NCBI RefSeq assembly: GCF_001457615.1
Contig: NZ_LN831024.1
Coordinates: forward strand, 1,800,001-1,832,000
Length of the DNA stretch: 32,000 bases
Direction of reading: 5' to 3'
DNA from: Pseudomonas aeruginosa
Lineage (GTDB): Bacteria > Pseudomonadota > Gammaproteobacteria > Pseudomonadales > Pseudomonadaceae
Both the position numbers and the translations under genes were made by a program. Positions 1-8,769 of this stretch are shown piece after piece (position 1 is the first letter of the stretch; every line of letters begins with the position of its first letter). Below the pieces are notes generated by a model. It worked only from the letters and a program-made list of their open reading frames with translations. It was not told the DNA's origin and made no database searches.

Positions 1-1
1 G

Positions 2-2452
2 GCGGCCCAGCAGGGTAGCCTCGAGGAAGTGTTGACGGTGGCCAGCGCGCTGTCCGTGCAGGACCCGCGCGAGCGTCCGGTGGAGCGGCAGCAGGCCGCC
101 GACCAGGCGCACGCGCAATGGAAGGACCCGGATTCCGACTTCGCCGCGCTGATCAATCTCTGGCGTGGCTTCGAGGAGCAGCGCCAGGCGCTGGGTTCCA
201 ATGCCCTGCGCAGCTGGTGCCGGAAGAACTTCCTCAACTACCTGCGCCTGCGTGAGTGGCGCGACGCCCACCGCCAACTGACCCTGATCTGCCGCGAACT
301 GAAGCTGCCGTTCGGGCGTCCGGCCAAGGCCGAGGCGCGCAAGCCGGAGGCGAAGAAAGGCGCGTCGGCCGACAACGAACGCGAGGTACCGGGGATCGAT
401 TACGCGGCGGTCCACAAAGCGATCCTGTCCGGCCTGCTCAGCCAGATCGGGCAGAAGGCCGAGGAAGGCGACTACCTCGGCGCTCGCCAGCGACGTTTCT
501 GGATCCATCCGTCCAGCGGCATCGCTCGCAAGCGCCCGCAATGGATCATGGCCGCGGAACTGGTGGAGACCACCAAGCTGTTCGCCCGAATGGTCGCGAA
601 GATCGAGCCGGACTGGCTGGAGCCGCTGGCTGGGCACCTGATCAAGACCAACCACTTCGAGCCGCACTGGGAGAAGCGTCGCGGCCAGGTGGTGGCGTTC
701 GAGCAGGTCACCCTCTACGGCCTCATCGTCATCGGTCGACGTCCGGTGCACTACGGTCCGATCGACCCGCCGGTGGCGCGCGAGCTGTTCATCCGCGAAG
801 GCCTGGTGCGCGGCGAGATCAACAGCCGCGCCAAGTGCCTGAGCGCCAACCGGCAGTTGCTGGAAAAGCTCGACGAGCTGGAAGCCAAGGCGCGCCGGCG
901 CGACATCCTGGCCGACGAGGAAACCCTGTTCGCCTATTACGACGCGCGCCTGCCGGCGGATATCTACCAGACCGCCAGTTTCGAGAAATGGTACGCCCGC
1001 GAGCGGCAGAACCAGCCGGACCTGCTGCTGATGCGCGAGGAAGACGTGCTGGCCCGTGAAGCCAGCGAAGTCACTGCGGCGCAGTACCCGGATCGCCTGC
1101 GCCTGGGCGACCTGCACCTGTCGCTGAGCTACCAGTTCGAGCCCGGCACCGCGCGCGACGGCGTCACCGTGCGGGTACCGGCGCCGCTGCTGCCGCAATT
1201 GCCGGCCGAACGCATCGACTGGCTGGTGCCCGGCCTGCTCTACGACAAGGCGGTGGCGCTGGTGCGCAACCTGCCGAAGGCGATCCGCAAGAGCTTCGTG
1301 CCGGTACCGGACTTCGTCCGCGCCGCCCTGGAGCGCATCACCTTCGGCGAAGGTTCGCTGCCGCAGGCGCTGGGCCGCGAGCTTCAGCGCATGACCGGCG
1401 TGCGGGTAGCCGACGAGGCCTGGGCCGAGGCGGCGACGCAGTTGGACGATCACCTGCGGATGAACATCGAGGTGGTCGACGCCCAGGGCAAGTTCCTCGG
1501 CGAGGGCCGCGACCTGGCCGAACTCACCGCGCGTTTCGCCGAAGCCAGCCAGGCGGCCCTGGCGATACCCCAGGCCGACAAGGAACAGCAGCGTCCGGTG
1601 GAGGCCAAGGCCTTCGCCAGCGTCGCCGAGAAGGCCCAGCAGAAGGTCGCCGGATTGTCGATGACGGTATACCCGGCGCTGGTGGAGGAGCAGGGCGAGG
1701 TCAAGGAAGGGCGCTTCCCGACCCAGGCCGAGGCCGACTACCAACACCGCCGCGCCCTGCAACGACTGCTGTTGCAGCAACTGGCCGAGCCGGCCAAGTA
1801 CCTGCGCGCCAAGCTGCCGGGGCAGACCGAGATGGGCCTGCTGTACCGCGAGCTGGGACGGGTCGAGGCGCTGGTCGAGGACATCCTCCTGGCCAGTCTC
1901 GACAGTTGCGTGCTGCAGGGCGAAAGCCTGCCGCGCGACGGCGCCGCCCTGGCCGCGCTGGCCGAGCGCAAGCGCGCTGCCTGGAACGAGCACGCCGAGC
2001 GCCTGGCACGCCTGGTGCTGGATATCCTCAAGCTCTGGCACGGCCTGCAGAAGCGCTTCAAGGGCAAGGTCGAGCTGGCCATGACCGTGCCGCTGAACGA
2101 CGTCAAGGGCCAACTGGCCAATCTGGTGTATCCGGGGTTCGTCCGCGCCACCCCGCTGGAGTGGTTGAAGGAGTATCCTCGTTACCTCAAGGCCATCGAG
2201 CAGCGCCTGGACAAGGTCGCCGGCCAGGTCCAGCGCGACCGGGTGTGGAGCGGCGAGCTGGGCGAACTCTGGGCGCAATACCAGGCGCGTCTCGCCAAGC
2301 ACGCCCAGGAAGGCAAGCGCGACGCCGAGTTGCAGGTGTATCGCTGGATGCTGGAGGAGTACCGGGTCTCGCTGTTCGCCCAGCAACTGGGAACCCGGCT
2401 GCCGGTCTCGGACAAGCGCCTGGCCAAGCAGTGGAGCCAGGTCGAGGGCTAG
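2..2452 (+). CDS. hrpA: ATP-dependent RNA helicase HrpA, C-terminal ~815 aa (5' end outside window)
   Basis: The frame stays open to the window edge (codons 2-28 read AAQQGSLEE with no stop), so the N-terminus lies upstream. The translation carries the ASALSVQDPRERP segment and the long C-terminal region I recognise from HrpA-type DEAH helicases. TAG stop at 2450-2452 is followed by a hairpin terminator. Family call is from memory. Confidence 0.88.
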   Translation, partial: AAQQGSLEEVLTVASALSVQDPRERPVERQQAADQAHAQWKDPDSDFAALINLWRGFEEQRQALGSNALRSWCRKNFLNYLRLREWRDAHRQLTLICRELKLPFGRPAKAEARKPEAKKGASADNEREVPGIDYAAVHKAILSGLLSQIGQKAEEGDYLGARQRRFWIHPSSGIARKRPQWIMAAELVETTKLFARMVAKIEPDWLEPLAGHLIKTNHFEPHWEKRRGQVVAFEQVTLYGLIVIGRRPVHYGPIDPPVARELFIREGLVRGEINSRAKCLSANRQLLEKLDELEAKARRRDILADEETLFAYYDARLPADIYQTASFEKWYARERQNQPDLLLMREEDVLAREASEVTAAQYPDRLRLGDLHLSLSYQFEPGTARDGVTVRVPAPLLPQLPAERIDWLVPGLLYDKAVALVRNLPKAIRKSFVPVPDFVRAALERITFGEGSLPQALGRELQRMTGVRVADEAWAEAATQLDDHLRMNIEVVDAQGKFLGEGRDLAELTARFAEASQAALAIPQADKEQQRPVEAKAFASVAEKAQQKVAGLSMTVYPALVEEQGEVKEGRFPTQAEADYQHRRALQRLLLQQLAEPAKYLRAKLPGQTEMGLLYRELGRVEALVEDILLASLDSCVLQGESLPRDGAALAALAERKRAAWNEHAERLARLVLDILKLWHGLQKRFKGKVELAMTVPLNDVKGQLANLVYPGFVRATPLEWLKEYPRYLKAIEQRLDKVAGQVQRDRVWSGELGELWAQYQARLAKHAQEGKRDAELQVYRWMLEEYRVSLFAQQLGTRLPVSDKRLAKQWSQVEG

Positions 2453-2475
2453 TTCCAGGGATACCGCGCGAAATG

Positions 2476-2511
2476 AAAAAGGCGCGCCGGTCGAAACCGG
2501 CGCGCCTTTTT
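2476..2511. terminator. Bidirectional intrinsic terminator between convergent hrpA and phoA
   Basis: Perfect 11-bp stem GGCGCGCCGGT (2481-2491) / ACCGGCGCGCC (2496-2506) with loop CGAA. It is flanked by AAAAA (2476-2480) and TTTTT (2507-2511), so it can act on both strands. Confidence 0.75.
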
Positions 2512-2524
2512 CGTTCTGGTCCGA

Positions 2525-3955
2525 TCAGTCGCGCAGGTTCAGTGCGCGACGGATGGTGAAGAACAGGTCGGTCTGGTCGGTCAGGCCGGTGACATTGGCG
2601 GCCTGCGGGCCGTAGGCGGCGATGCGCAACTGGGTGCCGGTGTGCTCCTGGGAGCCTTCCTCGGAGTTGCCGTAGCTGATCGCCAGCGGCGCGCCGTCCT
2701 TGGTCGTGAGCAGTTGGGTCAGCCCCGGCGCGGCGGTTTCCGGCGGGATGATCTGGCTGGAGTGGGCGTGGTCGGCGGTGACGATCACCAGGGTCTCGCC
2801 ATCGGCCTTGGCGAAGGCCAGGGCCTTCTGCACGGCTTCGTCGAGGTCGACGGTCTCGCCGATCTGGCCGCACGGATTCGCGGCGTGGTCCTGCTTGTCG
2901 ATGGACGCGCCCTCGACCTGCAGGAAGAAGCCGTTCGGATTGTCCTTCAGCAGCTCGATGGCCTTGCTGGTCATTTGCGCCAGGGTCGGGATGTCGGCGG
3001 TGCGCTTCGGGTTCGCCTCGCAGCTCACCGCCGGCTGGTTCAGGTTGCCGTGGTAGGTGGCGGTCGGACCGAGCCAGCGCACCGGCATGTTGCCCGGCGC
3101 GAACAGGCCGATCAGCGGCTGCTTCTGGTTGGCGCGGCGCACGGCTTTCAGCTCGTCGAGGTTCTCGACGATCCGGTAGCCGCGGGCTTCGGCCTGGGCG
3201 CGGAGGGTCTTGCCGGCATAGCGGCCAGCCTTGGCGGTTTCCGCGAAGGTCGCGGCGCCGCCGCCGAGAACCACGTCAGGGCGGGTCTTCAGCCACTGCT
3301 CGGTGATCGAGCCGGCGCCGCCGTTCTCCAGGGCATTGCTCGGGCACTGCTTGCTGGTGGCCTCGGGACCGTAGCACTTGCGAGCGGTGACGTGGGCGAG
3401 CAGGGCGGCGGGGGTGGCGTCCTGCAGCTCGGCGGTGGAGACGTTGCCGGTGGCCTTGCCGTTGAGCTTGGCCAGCTCCAGCAGGTTGCGGTGCGGCTGT
3501 TCGTGGATATCCACGCCGATCGCGCCGTTGTACGACTTGACCCCGGTGGTCCAGGCGGTGGCGGAGGCGGCGGAATCGGTCACGTAGTCCGGCAGGCCGC
3601 TGTCCTTGTGCAGGGAGTAGTGGGTGTACTGGCCGGTCAGCGGCAGCGCATCGATACCCTTGAAGTAGCCGCCCGCGCCGCGCGCGTAGTTGCGCGCCAC
3701 GGTGATCTCGGAGTCGCCCATGCCGTCGCCGATCAGCAGGATCACGTTCTTCGCCTTCTTCTTCGACAGCGACTGCTTCAGGGCCTGGGTCAGGTCCTGC
3801 TCGACGCGCCGTGCGCCGCCGTACTCGCTGAGTTCGCCACGGGCCTGGCGGTTGAACAGCGACGGATCGTCCTGGCGCGCCTGGGCCGGCAAGGCGCTGC
3901 CGAGCACGGCCATGGAGACGGCAAGAGAGAGGGCGAGGGGATAACCTGGGGTCAT
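2525..3955 (-). CDS. phoA: Periplasmic alkaline phosphatase
   Basis: 476-aa ORF with signal peptide [26 protein letters not shown]. It has the GDGMGDS metal-site motif and the [12 protein letters not shown] active-site serine motif of alkaline phosphatases. A Pho-box-like site lies ~80 bp upstream. Confidence 0.93.
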
Positions 3956-4036
3956 GACGCATTTCCCTATGTTGAGGAGGTGGCTGTGCGAGACGGCAGG
4001 GCCATCCGGCGAGTGCTACGAAAGTAGGGAAGGGTG

Positions 4037-4054
4037 ATGACGGGCTTGTGACAA
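4037..4054 (-). promoter_or_regulatory. Pho-box-like PhoB site upstream of phoA
   Basis: The minus strand reads TTGTCAC-AAGC-CCGTCAT: two CTGTCAT-like heptamers with a 4-bp spacer (11-bp period). It sits 82-99 bp upstream of the phoA ATG at 3955. Confidence 0.55.
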
Positions 4055-4159
4055 TTTCTTTCGAAGTGTGTGGCGCGCGCGACGCATCACGTCGTGACGA
4101 GCGGGGAGCGAGCCGGTATGGTGCGCAGGTCTATTCCGGTTCGTTCAAGGAAAGCCTCC

Positions 4160-4597
4160 ATGAGTCTGCACGGCGTTTACGATTCCCAGAACATCTTCGC
4201 CAAGATCATTCGCGGCGAAGCTCCCTGCTACAAGGTCTACGAAGACGAGGACGTGCTCGCCTTCCTCGATCTGTTCCCGCAGTCCTACGGGCATACCCTG
4301 GTGATTCCCAAGCACGCCGAGGCGCGCAACCTGCTCGAGATCGATGCGCAGAACCTGGCCAAGGTCATGGCCGTGGTCCAGCGCCTGACCCGCGCCCTGG
4401 TCGAGGAGGTGCAGCCGGACGGCGTGCAGGTCGCCCAGTTCAACGGCGCCCCCGCCGGGCAGACGGTCTTCCACATCCATTTCCACGTCATCCCGCGCTT
4501 CAGCGGCGAGAATCTCGGCATCCATGCGGCGAAGCAGGGCGACCCGGAAGTGCTCGCACAACTTCAGGAGCGTTTGGCGCAGCGTCTGCAAGGCTGA
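4160..4597 (+). CDS. HIT (histidine triad) family nucleotide hydrolase
   Basis: ATG 4160 is preceded by AAGGAAAG. The HIHFHVIP histidine-triad motif (HxHxHxx) lies near the C-terminus. The 5' extension of the tracked ORF (4070-4159) has no RBS support. Confidence 0.85.
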   Translation: MSLHGVYDSQNIFAKIIRGEAPCYKVYEDEDVLAFLDLFPQSYGHTLVIPKHAEARNLLEIDAQNLAKVMAVVQRLTRALVEEVQPDGVQVAQFNGAPAGQTVFHIHFHVIPRFSGENLGIHAAKQGDPEVLAQLQERLAQRLQG

Positions 4598-4825
4598 TTG
4601 CGCATGGGCCGGCCCGGTTCGGGGGCGGTCCTTCGCTCGTCGGATTTTTCTGAAATATTTTGTTACATACTGTCGAGGGTCAGGCGCGCCGCGGTTTTCC
4701 GGCGATGTGCGCAACAATTTGCACAGTTTTTTTGACGTAGCATCCGCGACATCCCGCTCTTCGGAGCGACCACGGCGAACAGGGACGCCAGCCGTGCAGG
4801 TTTTTCGAGCAACAGGGGACAGCGG

Positions 4826-6892
4826 ATGTTCAACCCGGCCAACCAGACCCACTTCAGCCTCAGCCTCGACGGCCTCCGTCACGACCTGCAGGTTCTCGAA
4901 TTCAGCGGCCACGAAGGCATCAGCCGGCCCTACCGCTTCGAACTCGAACTGGTCAGCGAGCGCGCCGGCCTCGACCTCGAAGCGCTCATGCACCGGCCCG
5001 CCTTCCTCGCCTTCACCCCGCAGGGCCAGGGTGTCCACGGCCTGGTCTACGGCGCTGCCCAAGGCGATGCCGGCAAGCGCCTGACCCGCTATCGCCTCAC
5101 CCTCGTCCCACACCTGGCCTACCTCGCCCAGCGCAACAACCAGCGGATCTTCCAGCACCTCACGGTGCCGCAGATCGTCGCCCTGGTCCTCGAGGAGCAC
5201 GGCATCCTCGCCGACGCCTACCGCTTCCAGCTCGGCACCCGGTATCCCGAGCGCGAATACTGCGTGCAGTACGACGAAAGCGACCTGCATTTCGTCCAGC
5301 GCCTCTGTGCCGAAGAGGGCATCCATTTCCATTTCCGGCACAGCGCCGAGGCGCACCTGCTGGTGTTCGGCGACGACCAGACGGTGTTCCCCCGCCTGGG
5401 CCGTCCCACCGCCTACGTGCACGACAGCGGGCTGGTCGCCGACGAACCGGTGATCAAGCGCTTCAGCCTGCGCCTGGCCAGCCGCACCACGCGCACCACC
5501 CGCCGCGACTACGACTTCGAGAAGCCGCGGCTGCTGCTGGAGGCCGGCAACCGCCCCGCTGCCGACGCCCCGGCCGAGCCGGACCTGGAGGACTACGACT
5601 ACCCCGGTCGCTTCGTCGATCGCCAGCGCGGCAAGCTGCTCAGCCAGCGCGCCCTGGAGCGCCACCGCGCCGACCGGCGCCTGGGCGAAGGGGTCAGCGA
5701 CCAGCCGCTGCTGGTCAGCGGGCACTTCCTGGAGATCGCCGAGCACCCGCGCGCGGAGTGGAACGACCTGTGGCTGCTCAGCGAAGTCTTCCACGAAGGC
5801 AAGCAGCCGCAGGTGCTGGAAGAGAACGTTACCTCCGACACGTCGGCCAGCACGGACGACTTCCAGCAGGGCTACCGCAACCGCTTCCTCGCGACGCCCT
5901 GGGAGGTGTTCTTCCGCCCGCCGCTGGAGCACCCGAAGCCGCGCGTGCTGGGCAGCCAGACCGCGGTGGTGACCGGCCCGCCAGGCGAGGAAATCCACTG
6001 CGACCGCTACGGCCGGGTCAGGGTGCAGTTCCACTGGGACCGCGAGGGCCAGGGCGACGACAAGAGCAGTTGCTGGCTGCGCGTAGCCAGCGGTTGGGCC
6101 GGCAACGGCTATGGCGGCATCGTCATTCCGCGGGTCGGCATGGAAGTGCTGGTGGACTTCCTCGAAGGCGATCCCGACCAGCCGCTGGTCAGCGGCTGCG
6201 TCTACCACGCCGCCCACCCGGTGCCCTACGAGTTGCCGGCGAACCAGACCCGCAGCGTCTTCAAGAGCCTCAGCAGCCCTGGCGGCGGTGGCTACAACGA
6301 GCTGCGCATCGAGGATCGCAAGGGCCAGGAACAGATCTTCGTCCATGCCCAGCGCGACTGGGACGAGAACATCGAGCATGACCAGAAGATCCGCGTCGGC
6401 CACGAACGCCACGACACCGTGGAGGCGAACAGCTACAGCGAGTTCAAGGCCGAGGAGCATCACACCGTGCACGGAGAGCGCAAGGTCGAGCTGAAGGCCG
6501 ATGACCACCTGACGGTCGGCGACAGCCAGCACGTGAAGCTCGGTCGTGCCTACCTGGCCAGGGCCGGGCGCGAGATCCACCTGAAGGCCGGGCAGAAGAT
6601 GGTGATCGAGGCTGACAGCGAACTGACGGTGAAGGCCGGCGGCAGCTTCATCCGGCTCGACGCAAGCGGCATCGCCATCAGCGGCCCGCTGGCACGGATC
6701 AATGCAGGCGGCGCGCCGGGAAGCGGCTCGGGGATCGCGATCAAGATGCCGCGGGTGCCGGGCATGGCCGACCAGGACAGTTCCGGCGCGCCACCCGAGG
6801 CGGTCGCGGCCAACCTGCCGCCGCGGCAACCGGTCTGCGAAGAGTGCCTGCTACAGGCGAAGAAAAGAGGCCAGGCGCTCGCCGAGCGCTGA
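4826..6892 (+). CDS. vgrG: T6SS spike protein VgrG (PAO1 vgrG4a/PA3294 by synteny, from memory)
   Basis: 688 aa. The N-terminus MFNPANQTHFSLSLDG..LQVLEFSGHEGISRPYRFELELVS is a typical VgrG gp27-like start. The GGIVIPRVGMEVLVDFLEGDPDQPLVSGCVYH gp5/OB segment follows, then a repetitive beta-helix region. ATG is preceded by GGGGA. Confidence 0.93.
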   Translation: MFNPANQTHFSLSLDGLRHDLQVLEFSGHEGISRPYRFELELVSERAGLDLEALMHRPAFLAFTPQGQGVHGLVYGAAQGDAGKRLTRYRLTLVPHLAYLAQRNNQRIFQHLTVPQIVALVLEEHGILADAYRFQLGTRYPEREYCVQYDESDLHFVQRLCAEEGIHFHFRHSAEAHLLVFGDDQTVFPRLGRPTAYVHDSGLVADEPVIKRFSLRLASRTTRTTRRDYDFEKPRLLLEAGNRPAADAPAEPDLEDYDYPGRFVDRQRGKLLSQRALERHRADRRLGEGVSDQPLLVSGHFLEIAEHPRAEWNDLWLLSEVFHEGKQPQVLEENVTSDTSASTDDFQQGYRNRFLATPWEVFFRPPLEHPKPRVLGSQTAVVTGPPGEEIHCDRYGRVRVQFHWDREGQGDDKSSCWLRVASGWAGNGYGGIVIPRVGMEVLVDFLEGDPDQPLVSGCVYHAAHPVPYELPANQTRSVFKSLSSPGGGGYNELRIEDRKGQEQIFVHAQRDWDENIEHDQKIRVGHERHDTVEANSYSEFKAEEHHTVHGERKVELKADDHLTVGDSQHVKLGRAYLARAGREIHLKAGQKMVIEADSELTVKAGGSFIRLDASGIAISGPLARINAGGAPGSGSGIAIKMPRVPGMADQDSSGAPPEAVAANLPPRQPVCEECLLQAKKRGQALAER

Positions 6893-6901
6893 GGAACCGC
6901 G

Positions 6902-7717
6902 ATGACGCCGAACCCCCGCCATTGGGCCCGCGAGCTGTGGCAGCGCTCCCGCGATCGCGGCTTGCAGACCCACATCGATGTATTGGTCGATGCCACCGGG
7001 CTGGACGACTATCCCTTGCTCGCCGAGCATGCGCGGCAAAGCGATCCTCCAGCGCTGTTCAAATTGCTGGAGCAAACCCCGGAGGCCGCCCTGGCCGACG
7101 AGGGCCCGCTGCTGCTGCGCCTGGAAGACGGCCACGCGGCCTGGCTGGACGAACTGCTCGAACGCATCGACTGCCGCCGCCACCTGATGCTCCTGTTCAG
7201 CCCCTGGCCGTTGCCGCGCCTGGGCGAGCACCTGCGCAGCTGCACCCAGGCCGAGTGGAACCAGGGCCGTTCCAGCGGCGTACTGCGTTTCTACGAGCCG
7301 GGCCTGTTCATGGCCGTCAGCGACATGCTCGATCCCCGGCAGAGCCGTTACCTGCATGCCCCGGTTTCCAGCTGGCACTGGCTGGACCGCGACGGCCGGC
7401 CGAGGGCGCTGGCCGGTCATTACCAGGCCCATGAGACGCCGCCGCTGCAAGCGGCCCTCCGCCTGGAAGCGCACCAGGTCGCTGCCTTGCGCGCCTGGAG
7501 CGAGGCCGAAGCCTACCGCCGCGAATACTTCGTGCTGCCCCGCGAGCATGGCCTGGGCAGCCAGGAAAGCCTGCTCCAGCATCTGGTCCAGGCGCACCTG
7601 GCCGCCGACCGCCAGGGCTTGCAGGACTTCGACCAGCGCGATGCCTTCGTCGCCCAATGGCTACGCGAACAGACCCCCGGCCCCGGCTTTTCCCCGGCGG
7701 GAACGAGTCGCGCATGA
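6902..7717 (+). CDS. DUF4123-like T6SS effector adaptor/chaperone (Tap/Tec type)
   Basis: 271 aa, starting 9 bp after the vgrG stop. The N-terminal region (VLVDATGLDDYPLLAEH..ALFKLLEQTPEAALADEGPLLLRLE) resembles DUF4123 proteins. Its position between vgrG and an effector/immunity set is the canonical adaptor slot. Its stop overlaps the next start (ATGA at 7714-7717). Confidence 0.72.
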   Translation: MTPNPRHWARELWQRSRDRGLQTHIDVLVDATGLDDYPLLAEHARQSDPPALFKLLEQTPEAALADEGPLLLRLEDGHAAWLDELLERIDCRRHLMLLFSPWPLPRLGEHLRSCTQAEWNQGRSSGVLRFYEPGLFMAVSDMLDPRQSRYLHAPVSSWHWLDRDGRPRALAGHYQAHETPPLQAALRLEAHQVAALRAWSEAEAYRREYFVLPREHGLGSQESLLQHLVQAHLAADRQGLQDFDQRDAFVAQWLREQTPGPGFSPAGTSRA

Positions 7718-8235
7718 ACGGGCGCGGCATCGGCCTTCCCGCCCTGCTTCCGGGGCCCCTGCTGGCCACGGGCTGCCAGAGCGGGCCGGACATGCTGGCG
7801 GCGCCGGTGATGGGTTACAACCATACGTCCGCGGCGATCAATTGGTTTTCGGTGAATGGGGCGGGTGGACCTCGTTTAGGCCCTTATCAGGGGGATGGTA
7901 GCCAGGTTTGTTGCGGAGTGATTCCAAAGAAGTGGAATCCAAATTTGAAAGCTGTCGTGGAATGGGAGAAAGATCCCAAACCGCACGCCGCTATAAGGCG
8001 AGATAGATATGGACGGCTGGATAAAGATGATTACTTGAGACATGCCTCAAGCTACACCCGACACAAGATGATCGTGGATATACCTAGATATAGTGAAAAA
8101 ATATGCCTGTTGCAGGAGCATTTCCTCCCGTGCGACCAGGTCGCGGTCTCAACAACCTATTACAGCCAGGGGCATCCAGAGTATCCAGATAGAAAGTATT
8201 TTCAGAAGAGAGAGCCTTCATGCAAAAGCTCTTGA
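7714..8235 (+). CDS. Tli1-like periplasmic lipoprotein, copy 1 (DUF3304-like, putative Tle1 immunity)
   Basis: 173 aa from ATG 7714. The signal peptide carries a lipobox-like LLATGC. The mature part is roughly 70-75% identical by eye to copy 3. The 5' ~110 nt are GC-rich and the remainder is AT-rich, giving a chimeric appearance. Confidence 0.75.
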   Translation: MNGRGIGLPALLPGPLLATGCQSGPDMLAAPVMGYNHTSAAINWFSVNGAGGPRLGPYQGDGSQVCCGVIPKKWNPNLKAVVEWEKDPKPHAAIRRDRYGRLDKDDYLRHASSYTRHKMIVDIPRYSEKICLLQEHFLPCDQVAVSTTYYSQGHPEYPDRKYFQKREPSCKSS

Positions 8236-8769
8236 ATGCAAAGGGGTTAAGGACACCTGATTGGCTGATTGCTTTACTGATAGGTTTTTTGTTTTTAAAA
8301 GCGTGCCAGGCAGGCCCTGATATGGTGTCTACTCCTATCGGAGGATACAACCATACTTCGGCGGCTATTAACAGATTCAGTGTAAATGGTGCTGGCGGAT
8401 TAAACCTTGGTCCATTTCAGGGGGAGCAGGGCAGGTATGTTGTGGTGTCGTTCCTAGAGTTTGGAAGTCGGGCTTGAAGGCAACCGTATAGTGGGGGGTG
8501 GTTCCTGAGCCAGGGGCTTATAAAGACTGGCCGGAAAGATATTTTCAGATGGCTGGAGAAAACGTATGAGAGAGCATGGGCTCTTGTATATTCGTCATAA
8601 GGAAGCCGTCGATATACCTCCTTGTGATAGTAAGGAGATTTGTTCGCTAAAAATACACTTTCTTCCATGTGATAAGGTTGCTACTTCAGCTGCCTGTTAT
8701 ACGCCGTTTCATCCTGAATATCCGAATAAAGGTTGCTTTGATATGAGGGGTATGTCATGCAGAAGTTGA
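8220..8769 (+). pseudogene. Decayed Tli1-like lipoprotein gene, copy 2 (at least 2 frameshifts plus an in-frame stop)
   Basis: Homology to copies 1 and 3 runs through three frames. The first segment (8220-~8430) gives a signal peptide with lipobox LKAC plus GYNHTSAAINRFSVNGAGGLNLGPFQGE. The next frame reads GAGQVCCGVVPRVWKSGLKATV and ends at TAG 8489-8491. The third segment is ORF 8566-8769 (YIRHKEAVDIPPCDSKEICSLKIHFLPCDKVATSAACY). Confidence 0.8.

Noticed and set aside
4650-4680. AT-rich stretch GAAATATTTTGTTACATAC, considered as a Fur box upstream of vgrG.
   Set aside because: By hand alignment, only ~7 of 19 positions match the GATAATGATAATCATTATC consensus.
4708-4723. Sigma-54-like motif TGCGCA-N5-TTGCA upstream of vgrG.
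   Set aside because: The invariant -24 GG is GC here. A mismatch at that dinucleotide normally abolishes RpoN recognition. It cannot be supported without a PWM score or TSS data.
4145-6829. 894-aa ORF on the minus strand antisense to the HIT gene and vgrG. Similar long antisense ORFs occur at 2642-4027 (+), 13971-15137 (-), 19067-20326 (-), 20629-22758 (-), 22650-23903 (-), 25629-27053 (-), 27689-29632 (-) and 29959-31695 (-).
   Set aside because: These are typical stop-poor shadow frames of ~70% GC DNA. Their translations are Arg/Ala/Gly/Pro-rich low-complexity sequence with no motifs, and each overlaps a well-supported gene with clear family signatures on the other strand or frame.
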